Source: an uncultured virus (IMG/VR IMGVR_UViG_3300043105_000228)
Taxonomy: Duplodnaviria; Heunggongvirae; Uroviricota; Caudoviricetes
DNA length: 64,000 nt
IMG/VR virus record: IMGVR_UViG_3300043105_000228
Strand: one strand, 5' to 3'
The notes under the pieces were generated by a model that did no database searches, was not told the DNA's origin, and worked only from the letters and a program-made list of their open reading frames with translations. A program made the translations under genes and the position numbers. Positions 37,301-46,960 of the stretch are shown here, piece by piece (the first letter of the stretch is position 1; each line of letters opens with the position of its first letter).

Positions 37301-39440
37301 ATTTCTTATTAGCATCTTCTGGCATAGCATCCAGAATAATATCAGATATCTTTCTTCCATCATCTGTAGTCTGTTTATCAATATCAACAAAGATTGGTTT
37401 CTTATGCTCAACACCAATAAACATGTGCTTTGCAGGAATATCTATCTTATGTGATTTAACATATTCCTCAGCAACTTTTTGATTGAAATAGATGATTACT
37501 CCATTATTGCTAAATTTAGTATATGATCTTGCAAAATCATCATATTCCAAAGTAGTAATATAGGATTTATTGTCACTAACTGATGAACCTTTCTCAAAAT
37601 ATGAAGAGTATTCTTCGCTCTTATCGAGAATTTTAGCAATTAAAGTTGTATCAGTAAGTGACTTACCACCTATTCTAGTCATAGTCATCTTGTTATAGTT
37701 AGAAACTACCATTACAGTATTCTCTGAAATCTTTACAAGTGGTAAGAAGAATAACTGGTTCTTTATAGTCTTTCTATTACCACCTAACCATAAGAAGTTC
37801 TTGTCATAGAATTTGGGTATATCAACCTTAATAGTATGACGAGTTCTCTGTTCATCTTCCAAATAAACTGTCCATGTCTCTTTTAGGTCTGTAACTGTTG
37901 AAGTATCTTCTACCTCAATATCTCTGATATACATCTTGATTGATTTATTATTGAGATTCTCAAATACGTCAACTATATCCTTTGTCATGCATTCATCGAC
38001 ATAGGTTTTATTGAAGTTGTTAAACTTCACTTGCTGTACGTTAGGATTTGCTGAATAAGTTGTCTTAGATACATCTGTAACAGGAATCTCTCTTTCCTTA
38101 GGATTAATCTTAGCAAGGTCATCAAGTGTCATATTCTTTACCTGAATCTTTCCTTGCTCTTCTCTAAGAAGTTCATCACGAGCACTTGACCTCTGTGATT
38201 TAGGAGTAGTATCCTTAGTAAGATTATTATAGATAACAGCTAATTCAGCAGCTTCTTCTTCCTCTGTCTTTTCAGCATTATCTCCCTTACTTTCAGCTTC
38301 TACCTCTTTCATAAGTTCTTCTTCATCATCAAGCTCTTTATTCTCTTCCTCTTCATCAAGTCCATCACCAATAGTAATATTCTTTACTTTGATTCTTGCT
38401 TTTGCAACTTCTTTATTGAATTCTTTTCCTTCACCTTTAGCCGTTGCTACTGATGCAAGGGAAGCCATTACAGTTTTAGCTGCTTTTCTATCAGCCATAA
38501 CCATTGCAGTTTCAATAAGCTTCTGACTAGGAGTAACCTTTTCAACCTCTACTTTACCAGTTGTTGCTACTCTCTCGACAGTATGAACTACTTCTTTTTC
38601 ACGAGCAGTATCAGTTGCTTCCTCATCACTATCAATGACGGTCTCAGACTTATCTTCTTTTTCTTCCTTTTCAGCTTCTTTCTCAGCTTCCTTTAACTCC
38701 CTATCATCAATAGGGTCAATAGTAGCTGCTCTATAAAGTTTCTTGAGCATTGGAAGATATCTCATGAAACTCTTCTCGTCGCATTCTTTAAAATTAACCT
38801 TTAAGACTCTCTCATTAGCAAAGATAAGAAAATCAATATCTAGTCCTTTTACTAAATCAAAATATCTGTAAAGGGTAATATATATTAAATACAACGGATT
38901 TTTTATTCTTTCTTTTATTGGTCCTGATGCAAGTAATGGATACATAGATGCATCTACTAGGACACATTTGTGATTTAGGTTACCATATTTATCTTCGAAT
39001 ATTGGTTTAAATATCTTCCAGAAATTAGCTATTTTTATCGGAGCTGACATTCTTGTAGAATAATCATTAAATACCTGCATATAAAAAGATAAATCATAAT
39101 AGCAACTTCTTGATTCTGCTGAATCTATCAATAATTTTCTTGGGTATGGTCTTACACCTTCTACCTTTTGAATCGATGGTTCAAGCTTATTTCTTACCTC
39201 GATTCTATTCCTGATAATCTTTCTCTTACCCACATAGAGATTATATCTGGGAGGATAAAAGTATCTAGGAATATAACCATTTGAATAGAAATTGACATGC
39301 TGGCTCATAAGTTCAATCGACTTATCAGTGCTAGGTGTCAATAAGAATACGAGGTTCCCCCTTCTAGGTGGAGTTCCTCTATCCAAGGCAACTCTACGAT
39401 TTAGAGTCGTCATATATGGTAAATTACTTGGATAGTACAT
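34386..39440 (-). CDS. rpoB: RNA polymerase beta subunit, unsplit, with ~480-aa N-terminal extension (probably virion RNAP)
   Basis: DIPKF...FLWLGGNRK..NQL, SPDAQVGINRTLS, LLIPLGATRDDPIR...KQ, YNTYEDG, IGSKLAN...KN, ISPSSILARM, GYIHIKRPQQ, GRESDLE; late promoter AACA-GACGGA-TA at 39482..39471. Confidence 0.92.
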   Translation of the reverse strand: MYYPSNLPYMTTLNRRVALDRGTPPRRGNLVFLLTPSTDKSIELMSQHVNFYSNGYIPRYFYPPRYNLYVGKRKIIRNRIEVRNKLEPSIQKVEGVRPYPRKLLIDSAESRSCYYDLSFYMQVFNDYSTRMSAPIKIANFWKIFKPIFEDKYGNLNHKCVLVDASMYPLLASGPIKERIKNPLYLIYITLYRYFDLVKGLDIDFLIFANERVLKVNFKECDEKSFMRYLPMLKKLYRAATIDPIDDRELKEAEKEAEKEEKEDKSETVIDSDEEATDTAREKEVVHTVERVATTGKVEVEKVTPSQKLIETAMVMADRKAAKTVMASLASVATAKGEGKEFNKEVAKARIKVKNITIGDGLDEEEENKELDDEEELMKEVEAESKGDNAEKTEEEEAAELAVIYNNLTKDTTPKSQRSSARDELLREEQGKIQVKNMTLDDLAKINPKEREIPVTDVSKTTYSANPNVQQVKFNNFNKTYVDECMTKDIVDVFENLNNKSIKMYIRDIEVEDTSTVTDLKETWTVYLEDEQRTRHTIKVDIPKFYDKNFLWLGGNRKTIKNQLFFLPLVKISENTVMVVSNYNKMTMTRIGGKSLTDTTLIAKILDKSEEYSSYFEKGSSVSDNKSYITTLEYDDFARSYTKFSNNGVIIYFNQKVAEEYVKSHKIDIPAKHMFIGVEHKKPIFVDIDKQTTDDGRKISDIILDAMPEDANKKFQASQMKIPKSLMHTRITTMKQEVPLSVLICIWEGLSSLLEKGKIKYRLVQELKKSDLSRDESFIKFKDCFLVYKRDVPSELLMNGLRVLDTENHTLYDMNSISAYMPYVQKRYGKISILNALNNVYEFTIGPIEKELLLDLKLPTDLVELLIYGNNLLADSQYTNELNLTQQRVRSAEIIPAILYDCIAKAYVPYKNSSGKKKLSIPQDAVIKKLLALETVEDTSSLNPFLELETTHNVSTKGWRGVNLEHSYTVPKRCYDDTMRGVVGVSNSPDAQVGINRTLSMEPNIESVRGYIKTTDNLDELKDVNLFSPAELLIPLGATRDDPIRIGHSVKQSRASVPVANASPVLMSNGSDEACAHYLSSDYVVEADQDGTVIEYDEKAQLMVVEYKDGSHRAVNLGKNIVKNGGGGFEISNHLITDLKVGDKFKAHEMLAWHDKFFKKIPGQGTRMCVGALAKVALYSLYNTYEDGTFICESLSDKCSTEMVFRVKCVLGKNANVFNMVKVGDHISVGQPLIEFDESFEEGDINQLLAALGDDEELKEAVIVNSKNAKKSDKSGEIEEIKIYSASELDALSPSLQKIVGDYYKKIERKNKLLNKYDKTPGIVKCGVMLTESAETTKPNRYGVIRGEKVNDGVLIEFYIKHSEPLEIGSKLANFSPLKNETGEIIPAGYEPKSEFRPEENVETVISPSSILARMVGSVYPTIFGNKIIIELKRKLYDMYVGKGDYATKRKQMLKVIYGVFNTMDPTGSNTKKYKDMFEPMSENQWKAFWKEFFENKDHYLIFEMVDYEVNITVEQLEDAAKVLGIPLYEYVTFPHLTMGIGDEAPIVTPHRVPVGYIHIKRPQQTVMKKNGMSTGTSRRAGITNQVTGEDKNGRESDLENCMLVSMGMEKTLKELNGPRADDSTAEKEMLQAIATKGYVNLSELTDDVSNKATLNAVDTYFLGMGLKTDLVTKGLKLPKNIDAE

Positions 39441-39551
39441 ATCTACCTTATCTCCTTTCTTTTATACCGTTATCCGTCTGTTTTTTGCATAGAGAATACA
39501 CTGGTTTAAAGCGTTATCGCTAATTTTTATTTTGTGAAGGGAGAATTTTGC

Positions 39552-40235
39552 ATGGGAAAAGAGAATACAAAAATTCAATATAAAGTAATTAAAGAAGTAC
39601 CTGAAGAGGTATACAGGGAATCCGTTGGAACTGATACTGAAAAGGTAGGACTAGTAAAAAGAATAGAAAGAATTGTAAGGTCATCAGGAGAATATCGTGA
39701 CTATACTTTCTTTCTTAGAAAAAATATGAATATGGATGCTTGTGCTTTCTTCAATAATGTAAGCAAATCCAACAGCTCTAAAGTAAGAGTTGAGATTCAC
39801 CATGCACCATTAACCTTATTTGATATTGCTTGGATTATATTGGAAAAGCATATTGAAGAAGGTGAAGAAATTGATGACTTGGTTATTGCAGAAGAAGTAG
39901 CAGAAGCTCACTATGATAATATGGTGGGATTAATCCCATTATCTAAAACTCTCCATGAATTAGCTCATGCTAAGGATGGAGAACCAATGGTTATTCCTCT
40001 TTATATGGTATACGGAAACTACATAGAATTCTTAAAGCAGTATAAACCATATTGGGAGAATAATGAAGTTATTAAAGCTAAATTAGATGCATTTACAAAG
40101 CAAACGGAAGCAATCAAGAATACTGATTTTGATATGTTACAGGAAGACTTCACATATCTAAAGGTAGACGGATTTGAAATTCCAGTAAGAATAGAAGATG
40201 TCGGAGAAGAAGTAGCTCAAGCATTATCTGCTTAA
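39552..40235 (+). CDS. HNH-like (beta-beta-alpha metal) nuclease-fold protein, paralog of 61860..62501
   Basis: C...EIHHAPLTLFDI...LIPLSKTLHELAH. Confidence 0.55.
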   Translation: MGKENTKIQYKVIKEVPEEVYRESVGTDTEKVGLVKRIERIVRSSGEYRDYTFFLRKNMNMDACAFFNNVSKSNSSKVRVEIHHAPLTLFDIAWIILEKHIEEGEEIDDLVIAEEVAEAHYDNMVGLIPLSKTLHELAHAKDGEPMVIPLYMVYGNYIEFLKQYKPYWENNEVIKAKLDAFTKQTEAIKNTDFDMLQEDFTYLKVDGFEIPVRIEDVGEEVAQALSA

Positions 40236-40417
40236 AAATCAACATATTTTTTGTTAATATAGTATTTAGGTGACTAAAGAATATAATACATACAAGAGGG
40301 ATAGGTATGCATGTATTTAAAGTCATCCGCTTTCTTTCATTTAGAAAAATAATGTGTTTATCGTAGGTATATCCATCACGCACTTCACTACTCAAAAATT
40401 GGTATTGGTTCACGTAT

Positions 40418-40462
40418 AAAAGAAGACTTAATCTACCCTCTTAGATTAAGTCTTCTTTTTTT
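40418..40462. terminator. Bidirectional terminator
   Basis: AAAAGAAGACTTAATCTA/TAGATTAAGTCTTCTTTT. Confidence 0.8.
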
Positions 40463-40469
40463 GGTTTGA

Positions 40470-42905
40470 TTACATCATCATTTCACCAGACTCGTCATCA
40501 TCACCAGTCTTAAGTCTATCATCAACATCAGCAAGTGCTGACTTCTCCCATAATTCTTGAACCTTATCAAAGTTAATACCATTAAGATGCATCTTAGCAA
40601 TATCAAGAGAGAATTGCTTCTTTCTCTTATCACTAACATCATCAGCATTCTCACCAGCAAATAGCTTAAGTAAGAATGATTCAAGCGTTTGATAGTTATT
40701 GATGAGCTCTTGGTTCATTATGTTGTTATTACCCTTAGGCTCAGGTAATACAAATGAAACTGTATTAATTACTTCATCTGGGACATTGGTAGAGAATTTC
40801 AACATCTTTCTATACCAATCAGTGTGCCCTTTGTTAAGGTTGATTTGATGTCTGGCAACTGCACCATTCATCTTGGTATTTGCTGTCTCAATAGACTTTG
40901 CAAAATCAGCCTCATTTAAGTAGTTCATAATAGCAGAAGGAACGTCTGTTGAAAGAATATAATTCGTTCTAATTCTCTCCATAAAAGGAGTATCAATATC
41001 AACCTGCTGACCTGAAATAATTTCAGTTTCAATAGGTTTCTCACCATTCTTTGTCATTGGTACAAATTCCTCTGATCCTGCACCAATTTTCTTTATTAAA
41101 TCAGCATGAGAATAGATATCATTAGGAGTAATCTTTCTCGCATTTTTTCTTCTGATTATATCCTGCACATCATTCCAAAGGTTCTTGTCGATACCTGAAC
41201 GACGTACATAGTTTACAACTTGGTCATTACTCTTTTGAAGTATTGTCATTACCTTGAATACAAAGAGTGACATGTACATATTTCCATAGAATAATGAGTT
41301 ATCAAGCATTGATGTTCCGTTTCCATCTGTATCTACATTAATCTTGTAAGCTGTAATGTATTCTACAGGAATAGCTTGGAAATGGATATTTGTATTAGAG
41401 ATATCATAGTATTCAAGAGCTGCTACAATCTGCTCCTTAAATGCCATATTATCTTTGATGAATGACTTATCAAATTTCTTTACAATGCGTCCTGCAATGT
41501 CATCAAGTAATCTATCCATTTTATTATTAGGATCTTTTGCCTTTACTTGACTGGTGTATGCAAGTATTGTAGATAATGGTGTTGCTGGTGTTGTCTGTAT
41601 ATAGACATACATCAGAGTTTTATTCATCATCTTAATAGGAATCATTCGTGTTGGAGGTATCATCTTTATGTAGCAGTCTTTGATATCTGCTTCGGTAATT
41701 TCTTCATCTGCACCTTTTGCATTCTGAATAAATCCATCTTCACTATCTCCACCACCAATTCCGCTATATCTTCTAAGAAAATAATCATCAGTATCAGTTT
41801 TCATCTGACCTGATTTCTCTTCCTCAAAGAATGTACCATCTTCAGTGATATAATCATTTGCAAAATCCTTATATGATTCGAATCCTTCTTCAAGGAATGG
41901 AATAGGAAAGTCATTTGTTGTTACAGTGATTCTATCTGTAAATAATGTCGTTAAATCATCTTTAAGAGTCTCCTCTGCTTTATCATGTAAATCGAGTACG
42001 TCATTGACAATTTCAAGTTCCTCCTCTAAGAAGAACTTGTCTTTTTTATTGTCATTATCATATTTGCTATGATAAGATGATTGATAAGCTTTCTTAATTG
42101 GCTCTGTTGTATCACCCTCTTCGTAAATAGGGTGGAATACTATATTTGGTAAATCTTGCTCGTCATCATCAGCTGCCTCAAAAAATTTAGCAACTGGCAT
42201 TCCTGAGACATTAGTACCAGTTTTATATCTCTTAATGAAATCATTAAAAAGATGATAGTATGGAACCGTATATACATAATACTCGCCATACCCCAAAGTA
42301 TTTGGTGTAATAAAATCCTTTATTTTAGCAAGGGTATCGAATTTCTTTTCCATTGCTTCAATAATAGGCAAATAGTTTTTCTCAGAATCTGAAAGAGTTG
42401 TATTCTCAAATACAATCTTTCTACTAATACTACCTGTTGTAGAGTCAGCAGAATTTATGGTATCAGCCATAATACCCTTAGCATGATTCAACTCTATGAG
42501 TTGCTTCGATAACTCTTCAGCCATAGACTGACGCATCATCTTATTCATGTTCATCTGGGTAAAGAAATCCTGAGGATTTGAACCTGTGTTATTTAATTGG
42601 AGGTCATTTATAATGTCACTACCAAGACCTGACCTCATGTCTCTGTCATCTTTATATAATTTACCCAAAAAAGAATTTAGTGAATTCTCACCATTATCTG
42701 TTATTTGGTTTATTTGCTTTTGGATTACAGAATTAAAACGGTCATTGATATCATCTACGGCATTTGAATTTCTGGACGAACCATATAGACTTATAGAAAG
42801 TTTATTAAGAAGGTCTGTTATTACAGAGCCTTTCTTTTCTTCAGCTGCCCCTTGCTTCTCCTGTCGCTCTTTATCATCTTCCGGAGTTTGATCTGTTCTA
42901 GCCAT
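40470..42905 (-). CDS. Portal protein (T4 gp20-like) with internal acidic insertion
   Basis: GTSMLDNSL...VVNYV...FVP...IETEIISGQ...TDVPSAIM parallels gp20 SYLHKA...RIFYI...WLPR..TEITTLPG...LNVP; late promoter AACA-TTACCC-TA at 42946..42935. Confidence 0.7.
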   Translation of the reverse strand: MARTDQTPEDDKERQEKQGAAEEKKGSVITDLLNKLSISLYGSSRNSNAVDDINDRFNSVIQKQINQITDNGENSLNSFLGKLYKDDRDMRSGLGSDIINDLQLNNTGSNPQDFFTQMNMNKMMRQSMAEELSKQLIELNHAKGIMADTINSADSTTGSISRKIVFENTTLSDSEKNYLPIIEAMEKKFDTLAKIKDFITPNTLGYGEYYVYTVPYYHLFNDFIKRYKTGTNVSGMPVAKFFEAADDDEQDLPNIVFHPIYEEGDTTEPIKKAYQSSYHSKYDNDNKKDKFFLEEELEIVNDVLDLHDKAEETLKDDLTTLFTDRITVTTNDFPIPFLEEGFESYKDFANDYITEDGTFFEEEKSGQMKTDTDDYFLRRYSGIGGGDSEDGFIQNAKGADEEITEADIKDCYIKMIPPTRMIPIKMMNKTLMYVYIQTTPATPLSTILAYTSQVKAKDPNNKMDRLLDDIAGRIVKKFDKSFIKDNMAFKEQIVAALEYYDISNTNIHFQAIPVEYITAYKINVDTDGNGTSMLDNSLFYGNMYMSLFVFKVMTILQKSNDQVVNYVRRSGIDKNLWNDVQDIIRRKNARKITPNDIYSHADLIKKIGAGSEEFVPMTKNGEKPIETEIISGQQVDIDTPFMERIRTNYILSTDVPSAIMNYLNEADFAKSIETANTKMNGAVARHQINLNKGHTDWYRKMLKFSTNVPDEVINTVSFVLPEPKGNNNIMNQELINNYQTLESFLLKLFAGENADDVSDKRKKQFSLDIAKMHLNGINFDKVQELWEKSALADVDDRLKTGDDDESGEMMM

Positions 42906-42985
42906 CTGTATCGCTCCTTTCTTATTTAATCAATTAGGGTAATGTTTTCCTGTATGCTCTTATAAATCTAAGCAATTACCTAGCG

Positions 42986-43732
42986 TTAGGACTTATAAGA
43001 GGCTGAGAATGTGTTAAAATGGAACATGAATTCTTTCGAATAGTCTGATATATTTACAAGAAGATTGCTATTCCTATCTTCAGGATCTTCATAGTTATAC
43101 CCATAGTCTTTAGGTACTAATATTGATGAGAGTTGTATCCTATCCATTTTATCAAGTAATTCGATTTTAGTTATATCAGAAAATACATAAGTGCTATCAG
43201 TTGGGACATCTTTAAGTACATCCTCTAGATCACCTGATACAAATTTGATATCTATATTAAACGAAAAGGTATCAGCTACATCTTTCTTGATACTCGGGTT
43301 ATCAAATGGATAATAAATATAAACCTTATTTGCAATAAGTGAATCTTTCCACATAAGTTTTCTCAATACCTCAACAAAGTTAAGCTCTGGAGATAATGTA
43401 ACTAATTCGGGTACATCTTTAAGTCCATTGTCAAGCACCATATCCAATTTATCATAATCAGGATTAACACCCTCTTTTACTAAATCATATAAAAAATTCT
43501 GGTTTCGTCTATTATAATAAAAATGTCCTAATCCTTCTTCAGTTAATCCTTCAATTTTGCTATAGTCAAAAATACTATTCTCAATATGTGGACTTTTCAT
43601 CAGAGCATTCAAAAAAGAAAAATATGGAGCTCTGATAATGTCTATATATTCAATGAATATACTCTTTGAATTTGTGAAGAGAAAGTCTTGACAAAACATC
43701 GTGACTCTATCTCCCTCTGGCGTAAGCATCAT
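42986..43732 (-). CDS. 248-aa hypothetical (possible degenerate HAD-like fold)
   Basis: IFIEYIDII...YVFSD pattern; SD AAAGGTAGG. Confidence 0.55.
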   Translation of the reverse strand: MMLTPEGDRVTMFCQDFLFTNSKSIFIEYIDIIRAPYFSFLNALMKSPHIENSIFDYSKIEGLTEEGLGHFYYNRRNQNFLYDLVKEGVNPDYDKLDMVLDNGLKDVPELVTLSPELNFVEVLRKLMWKDSLIANKVYIYYPFDNPSIKKDVADTFSFNIDIKFVSGDLEDVLKDVPTDSTYVFSDITKIELLDKMDRIQLSSILVPKDYGYNYEDPEDRNSNLLVNISDYSKEFMFHFNTFSASYKS

Positions 43733-43797
43733 AATTATTTACCTACCTTTCTCTTAAAAAAGGGATGAGAAATAATCTCATCCCTTTATTTTTGGGT

Positions 43798-44547
43798 TTA
43801 GCTAAATACTGCAAAACCGTCTGTTCCAGCATTTGTAGGAATATCATTTGGGTTAAATCCACCCATATCCATTGGTTGCTGATACTGGTTCTGATTCATG
43901 CCGTTATTAGAATTATTATGGCTATTGCTGAACTGCTCTGAACGCTTTCTTGCATGATCACCATAACGTGCTACATTAGCATGTGCTTTAAGTAATGTCA
44001 TAAACCATAAGAATTCACCTGAAGCATATCCCTCAGTATAATTTCCTGAAGTTGCACTCTTGCCTGTGATTGTATGAATGTTATCAAACTTGTAGCTCAA
44101 TGATAGATTGCTGCCATTTGGTCCAAGATTCTTTACAATCGTTACATAGACTGCATTTCTTCCATCTGTTGGATCTTTCTTGTACTCGATGAAGACTCCT
44201 GTGGTTGATTGCTGCTGTGTACCATTGTCTGTACTTGTTACATCAACACCTACGCACATTCCTTCACCCGGATCATCATTATTGATGATATGTGCTTCAA
44301 GCTCTTTCTTGTATGCAGCAATAAGAGCTTCAACCTTTGGATGTGATAATGCTGTTCTAACCTGATTATCTCGGTTATAAGCAGTACGTCCATTCTCGGT
44401 TCTACCGTTTGCTGGTGTCCATGATAGAGCCACCTTATCATTCCATGCTGTTATCTGTAAATAAGATAAGTCACCAAAGAATGTGTCAATATTTGTATTG
44501 ACTGATTGCCTGTCTGAGTTGCCTCTTTGAGTATTCTGAAAAAACAT
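43798..44547 (-). CDS. 249-aa hypothetical; candidate ssDNA-binding protein
   Basis: Beta-rich core, N/Q/G-rich linker, aromatic C-terminal tip (DGFAVFS), early-type motif upstream. Function is inferred only. Confidence 0.4.
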   Translation of the reverse strand: MFFQNTQRGNSDRQSVNTNIDTFFGDLSYLQITAWNDKVALSWTPANGRTENGRTAYNRDNQVRTALSHPKVEALIAAYKKELEAHIINNDDPGEGMCVGVDVTSTDNGTQQQSTTGVFIEYKKDPTDGRNAVYVTIVKNLGPNGSNLSLSYKFDNIHTITGKSATSGNYTEGYASGEFLWFMTLLKAHANVARYGDHARKRSEQFSNSHNNSNNGMNQNQYQQPMDMGGFNPNDIPTNAGTDGFAVFS

Positions 44548-44591
44548 GATCTAGTCCTCCTATTATTTTATTTTTACCTATAAATATTATA

Positions 44592-45389
44592 TCAGTTTTC
44601 TTCTTCTTCATTTTTGGGTTCGACTACTTTTTCTTTACGATACTTCTTCGTAAATTTAGCAATCAGTTCTGTTTCGAGCTCTATTAATGTGGGCTCAGGA
44701 AGCATTGTCCTATAATTGTCAACGAAGTTACCAGTCACCTCGTCATTATCATATTTCTCAATGATAAATTCTCTCTCAAGGTCATATTCTTTAGACCTGC
44801 AGAGGGTAAAAAAGTCGTCTACAAAAATATTCTCATCATGTAGAGCGATATCAATAACCTTTGACATCCAAGTACAAATCTTAATTATACTTGGATCGTC
44901 AACAACTTCTTCCATTCTCTTACTGCTAACAGTCTTTATCTCAGGAAGAACCTCAACAATTGCGTCTAAATGCTCCTTTATGTAGTGATATACATAGTTG
45001 AACATGTTTTGGTTTATATTAATGATGAAGAATCTATAGAGATAGTGTATAATCTGCTCTTGATCTTCTTCACCCATATCTTCTAAGTCTACTATTCCAA
45101 TATTTAATTTTTCTTTCAGTGTACGTTCCATAAATGAGATGAAATTCGTATGCATATTCTTAACTTCTGCTGTTTCACTCTCATTAAAATCATCAGAAAT
45201 TTCAGTTAATGTAAGTCTATAACGTTGTATGAATTGGGATACAAAATCTACTTTTGCGTATCCGATTGGATTCTTGAACTGGTTTTCGATTGACTCTTTG
45301 ATGAGTTGTAATGAAGTGTCAGTGAGGGTGGTTTCATCTTCTCCCTCTACTGGTTCATAATCGAAATAATCAAATTTCGTTAAATTCAT
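44592..45389 (-). CDS. 265-aa hypothetical acidic helical protein
   Basis: Late-type motif AACG-ATTAGA-TA at 45434..45423. Confidence 0.7.
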   Translation of the reverse strand: MNLTKFDYFDYEPVEGEDETTLTDTSLQLIKESIENQFKNPIGYAKVDFVSQFIQRYRLTLTEISDDFNESETAEVKNMHTNFISFMERTLKEKLNIGIVDLEDMGEEDQEQIIHYLYRFFIININQNMFNYVYHYIKEHLDAIVEVLPEIKTVSSKRMEEVVDDPSIIKICTWMSKVIDIALHDENIFVDDFFTLCRSKEYDLEREFIIEKYDNDEVTGNFVDNYRTMLPEPTLIELETELIAKFTKKYRKEKVVEPKNEEEEN

Positions 45390-45441
45390 AACTGAGCTTC
45401 CTATCCTTTCATTTTATTTGAATATCTAATCGTTTTCTCGA

Positions 45442-46011
45442 TTATTGGTATTTAGTTTCTGAACCACCAAAAGAAATGGATTTCATTGTATTCTTTGGTT
45501 TAGCCGTTATTGTAGCACTAACTGTTGCTTCAACTGGCGGTATTCCTGTATTGAATCTAGCATCAGGAAGCTTAGGTTCATTATCAACTTTCTTAATTAT
45601 TCTTGGTTGTGGTATAACCCCGTTATTAAACTCAGGCATATCTGGCATTGGTGACGGTATTGGTGCCTTGATTACTTCGCCTTGCTGTTCCATCTTCTTA
45701 GGAGCAGGTTTCTTGCATCCAATACATGGTCTTTCCATGTTACATTCCATTTCGCACTTGATTTTACTGTCAATAGGGATTCCACATCTTAAATCAAACA
45801 TCTTGATGTTATCTCGCATTCCAATTGTATATATTGGAATTGCTGATGTATCTAAAGCAAAATTGTCAACATGACCGCAGTTACAACAAATAAGGCTGTA
45901 ACCAATTATCTCATTATTTGCTTTAGAATGTATTTCTGCTATTTTCTTTAATCTAGAACCACAAAAATTACATTGAGTCTTTGTAATTCTATCTTCATCC
46001 ATTTTTACCAT
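45442..46011 (-). CDS. 189-aa Zn-ribbon protein
   Basis: CNFCG...CCNCG plus further Cys; Pro-rich tail; promoter AACT-TAGTGG-TA at 46050..46039. Confidence 0.7.
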   Translation of the reverse strand: MVKMDEDRITKTQCNFCGSRLKKIAEIHSKANNEIIGYSLICCNCGHVDNFALDTSAIPIYTIGMRDNIKMFDLRCGIPIDSKIKCEMECNMERPCIGCKKPAPKKMEQQGEVIKAPIPSPMPDMPEFNNGVIPQPRIIKKVDNEPKLPDARFNTGIPPVEATVSATITAKPKNTMKSISFGGSETKYQ

Positions 46012-46075
46012 AATCTGTAACCCCCTCTTTTATATTTTTACCACTAAGTTTTCTAGGATTTCAATAATTACGCAT

Positions 46076-46185
46076 AAAAAGATAGGTCTAGCGTACCAGC
46101 TGTCTAGACCTACCTTCTTTATCTTAACCGGAATATCACTTCCGGAGTGTAATGTATAGACTTTGGTTCCCCTCACCAAAGTCTT
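46076..46185 (-). ncRNA. Candidate small RNA D (~110 nt)
   Basis: Promoter AACT-CTTAAA-TA (46196..46185); hairpins AGACTTTGGT/ACCAAAGTCT and CCGGAA/TTCCGG; terminator with G.U pair and U5 on the minus strand. Confidence 0.55.
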
Positions 46186-46215
46186 ATTTAAGAGTTCAAG
46201 ACAAATAGTACCAAT

Positions 46216-46884
46216 TTAGCTAAAATCAGAATTACCGACCATATCTAATTTTATCTCAGTATTACTAATAGTTATCAAATATGCATGATTTGATATTAAT
46301 ATGGAGATATGATTAATATCATATAGGTCACGTTCAGCAGATGTTATTACTGATATTGGAGTATCATAGTATAAAACTGCTAATATTGATTTATCTCGTC
46401 CCTGATCTATATCTTTATATGCTGATGCAAATTCTGATAATTGATTAAGGGTTACATCTTGTAAAGTATTGCCTGCAATCTTTCTTCCGAATAAAAAAGA
46501 CTTTTCGAAATTAGCAGATACTTTATTCACTGTAATCATTTTATCTTGACTAAATCCTGAGATAATATTTAAGACATTAACACTTTTACTGATGATAAGT
46601 CTGCTTATAAATGTAGGTATGCTTTTTATCTCTGCACTACCTGATGGATTATTCTTAAATATAGCACAAGCATAACCTTCATATGTAAAATGGTTAACTG
46701 GATATTTATCAATGTAATCATCAAGAGTATAAATATCAAATGTAAATTTCCCATACCATGAAGATAGCTCTTTCTCGCAACTTTCAATATTTGGATAATC
46801 CAACATAACATACGCAGCAAGTGGTGCACTTTTATTACTGAATGCTGATCCTAATCTAGTTACTGCAACATATACATTTTTCAT
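46216..46884 (-). CDS. 222-aa hypothetical protein
   Basis: SD GAGGAG. Confidence 0.7.
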   Translation of the reverse strand: MKNVYVAVTRLGSAFSNKSAPLAAYVMLDYPNIESCEKELSSWYGKFTFDIYTLDDYIDKYPVNHFTYEGYACAIFKNNPSGSAEIKSIPTFISRLIISKSVNVLNIISGFSQDKMITVNKVSANFEKSFLFGRKIAGNTLQDVTLNQLSEFASAYKDIDQGRDKSILAVLYYDTPISVITSAERDLYDINHISILISNHAYLITISNTEIKLDMVGNSDFS

Positions 46885-46960
46885 TCTACTTCTCTCCTCT
46901 CTAATTTGTATACAAAAAATAAACCCTCTATATTTCTATAGAGGGTTTTTCTTAAGTTTA

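Noticed and set aside
40150..40413. 87-aa minus-strand ORF
   Set aside because: Starts right after a terminator with no RBS and overlaps a real plus-strand gene.
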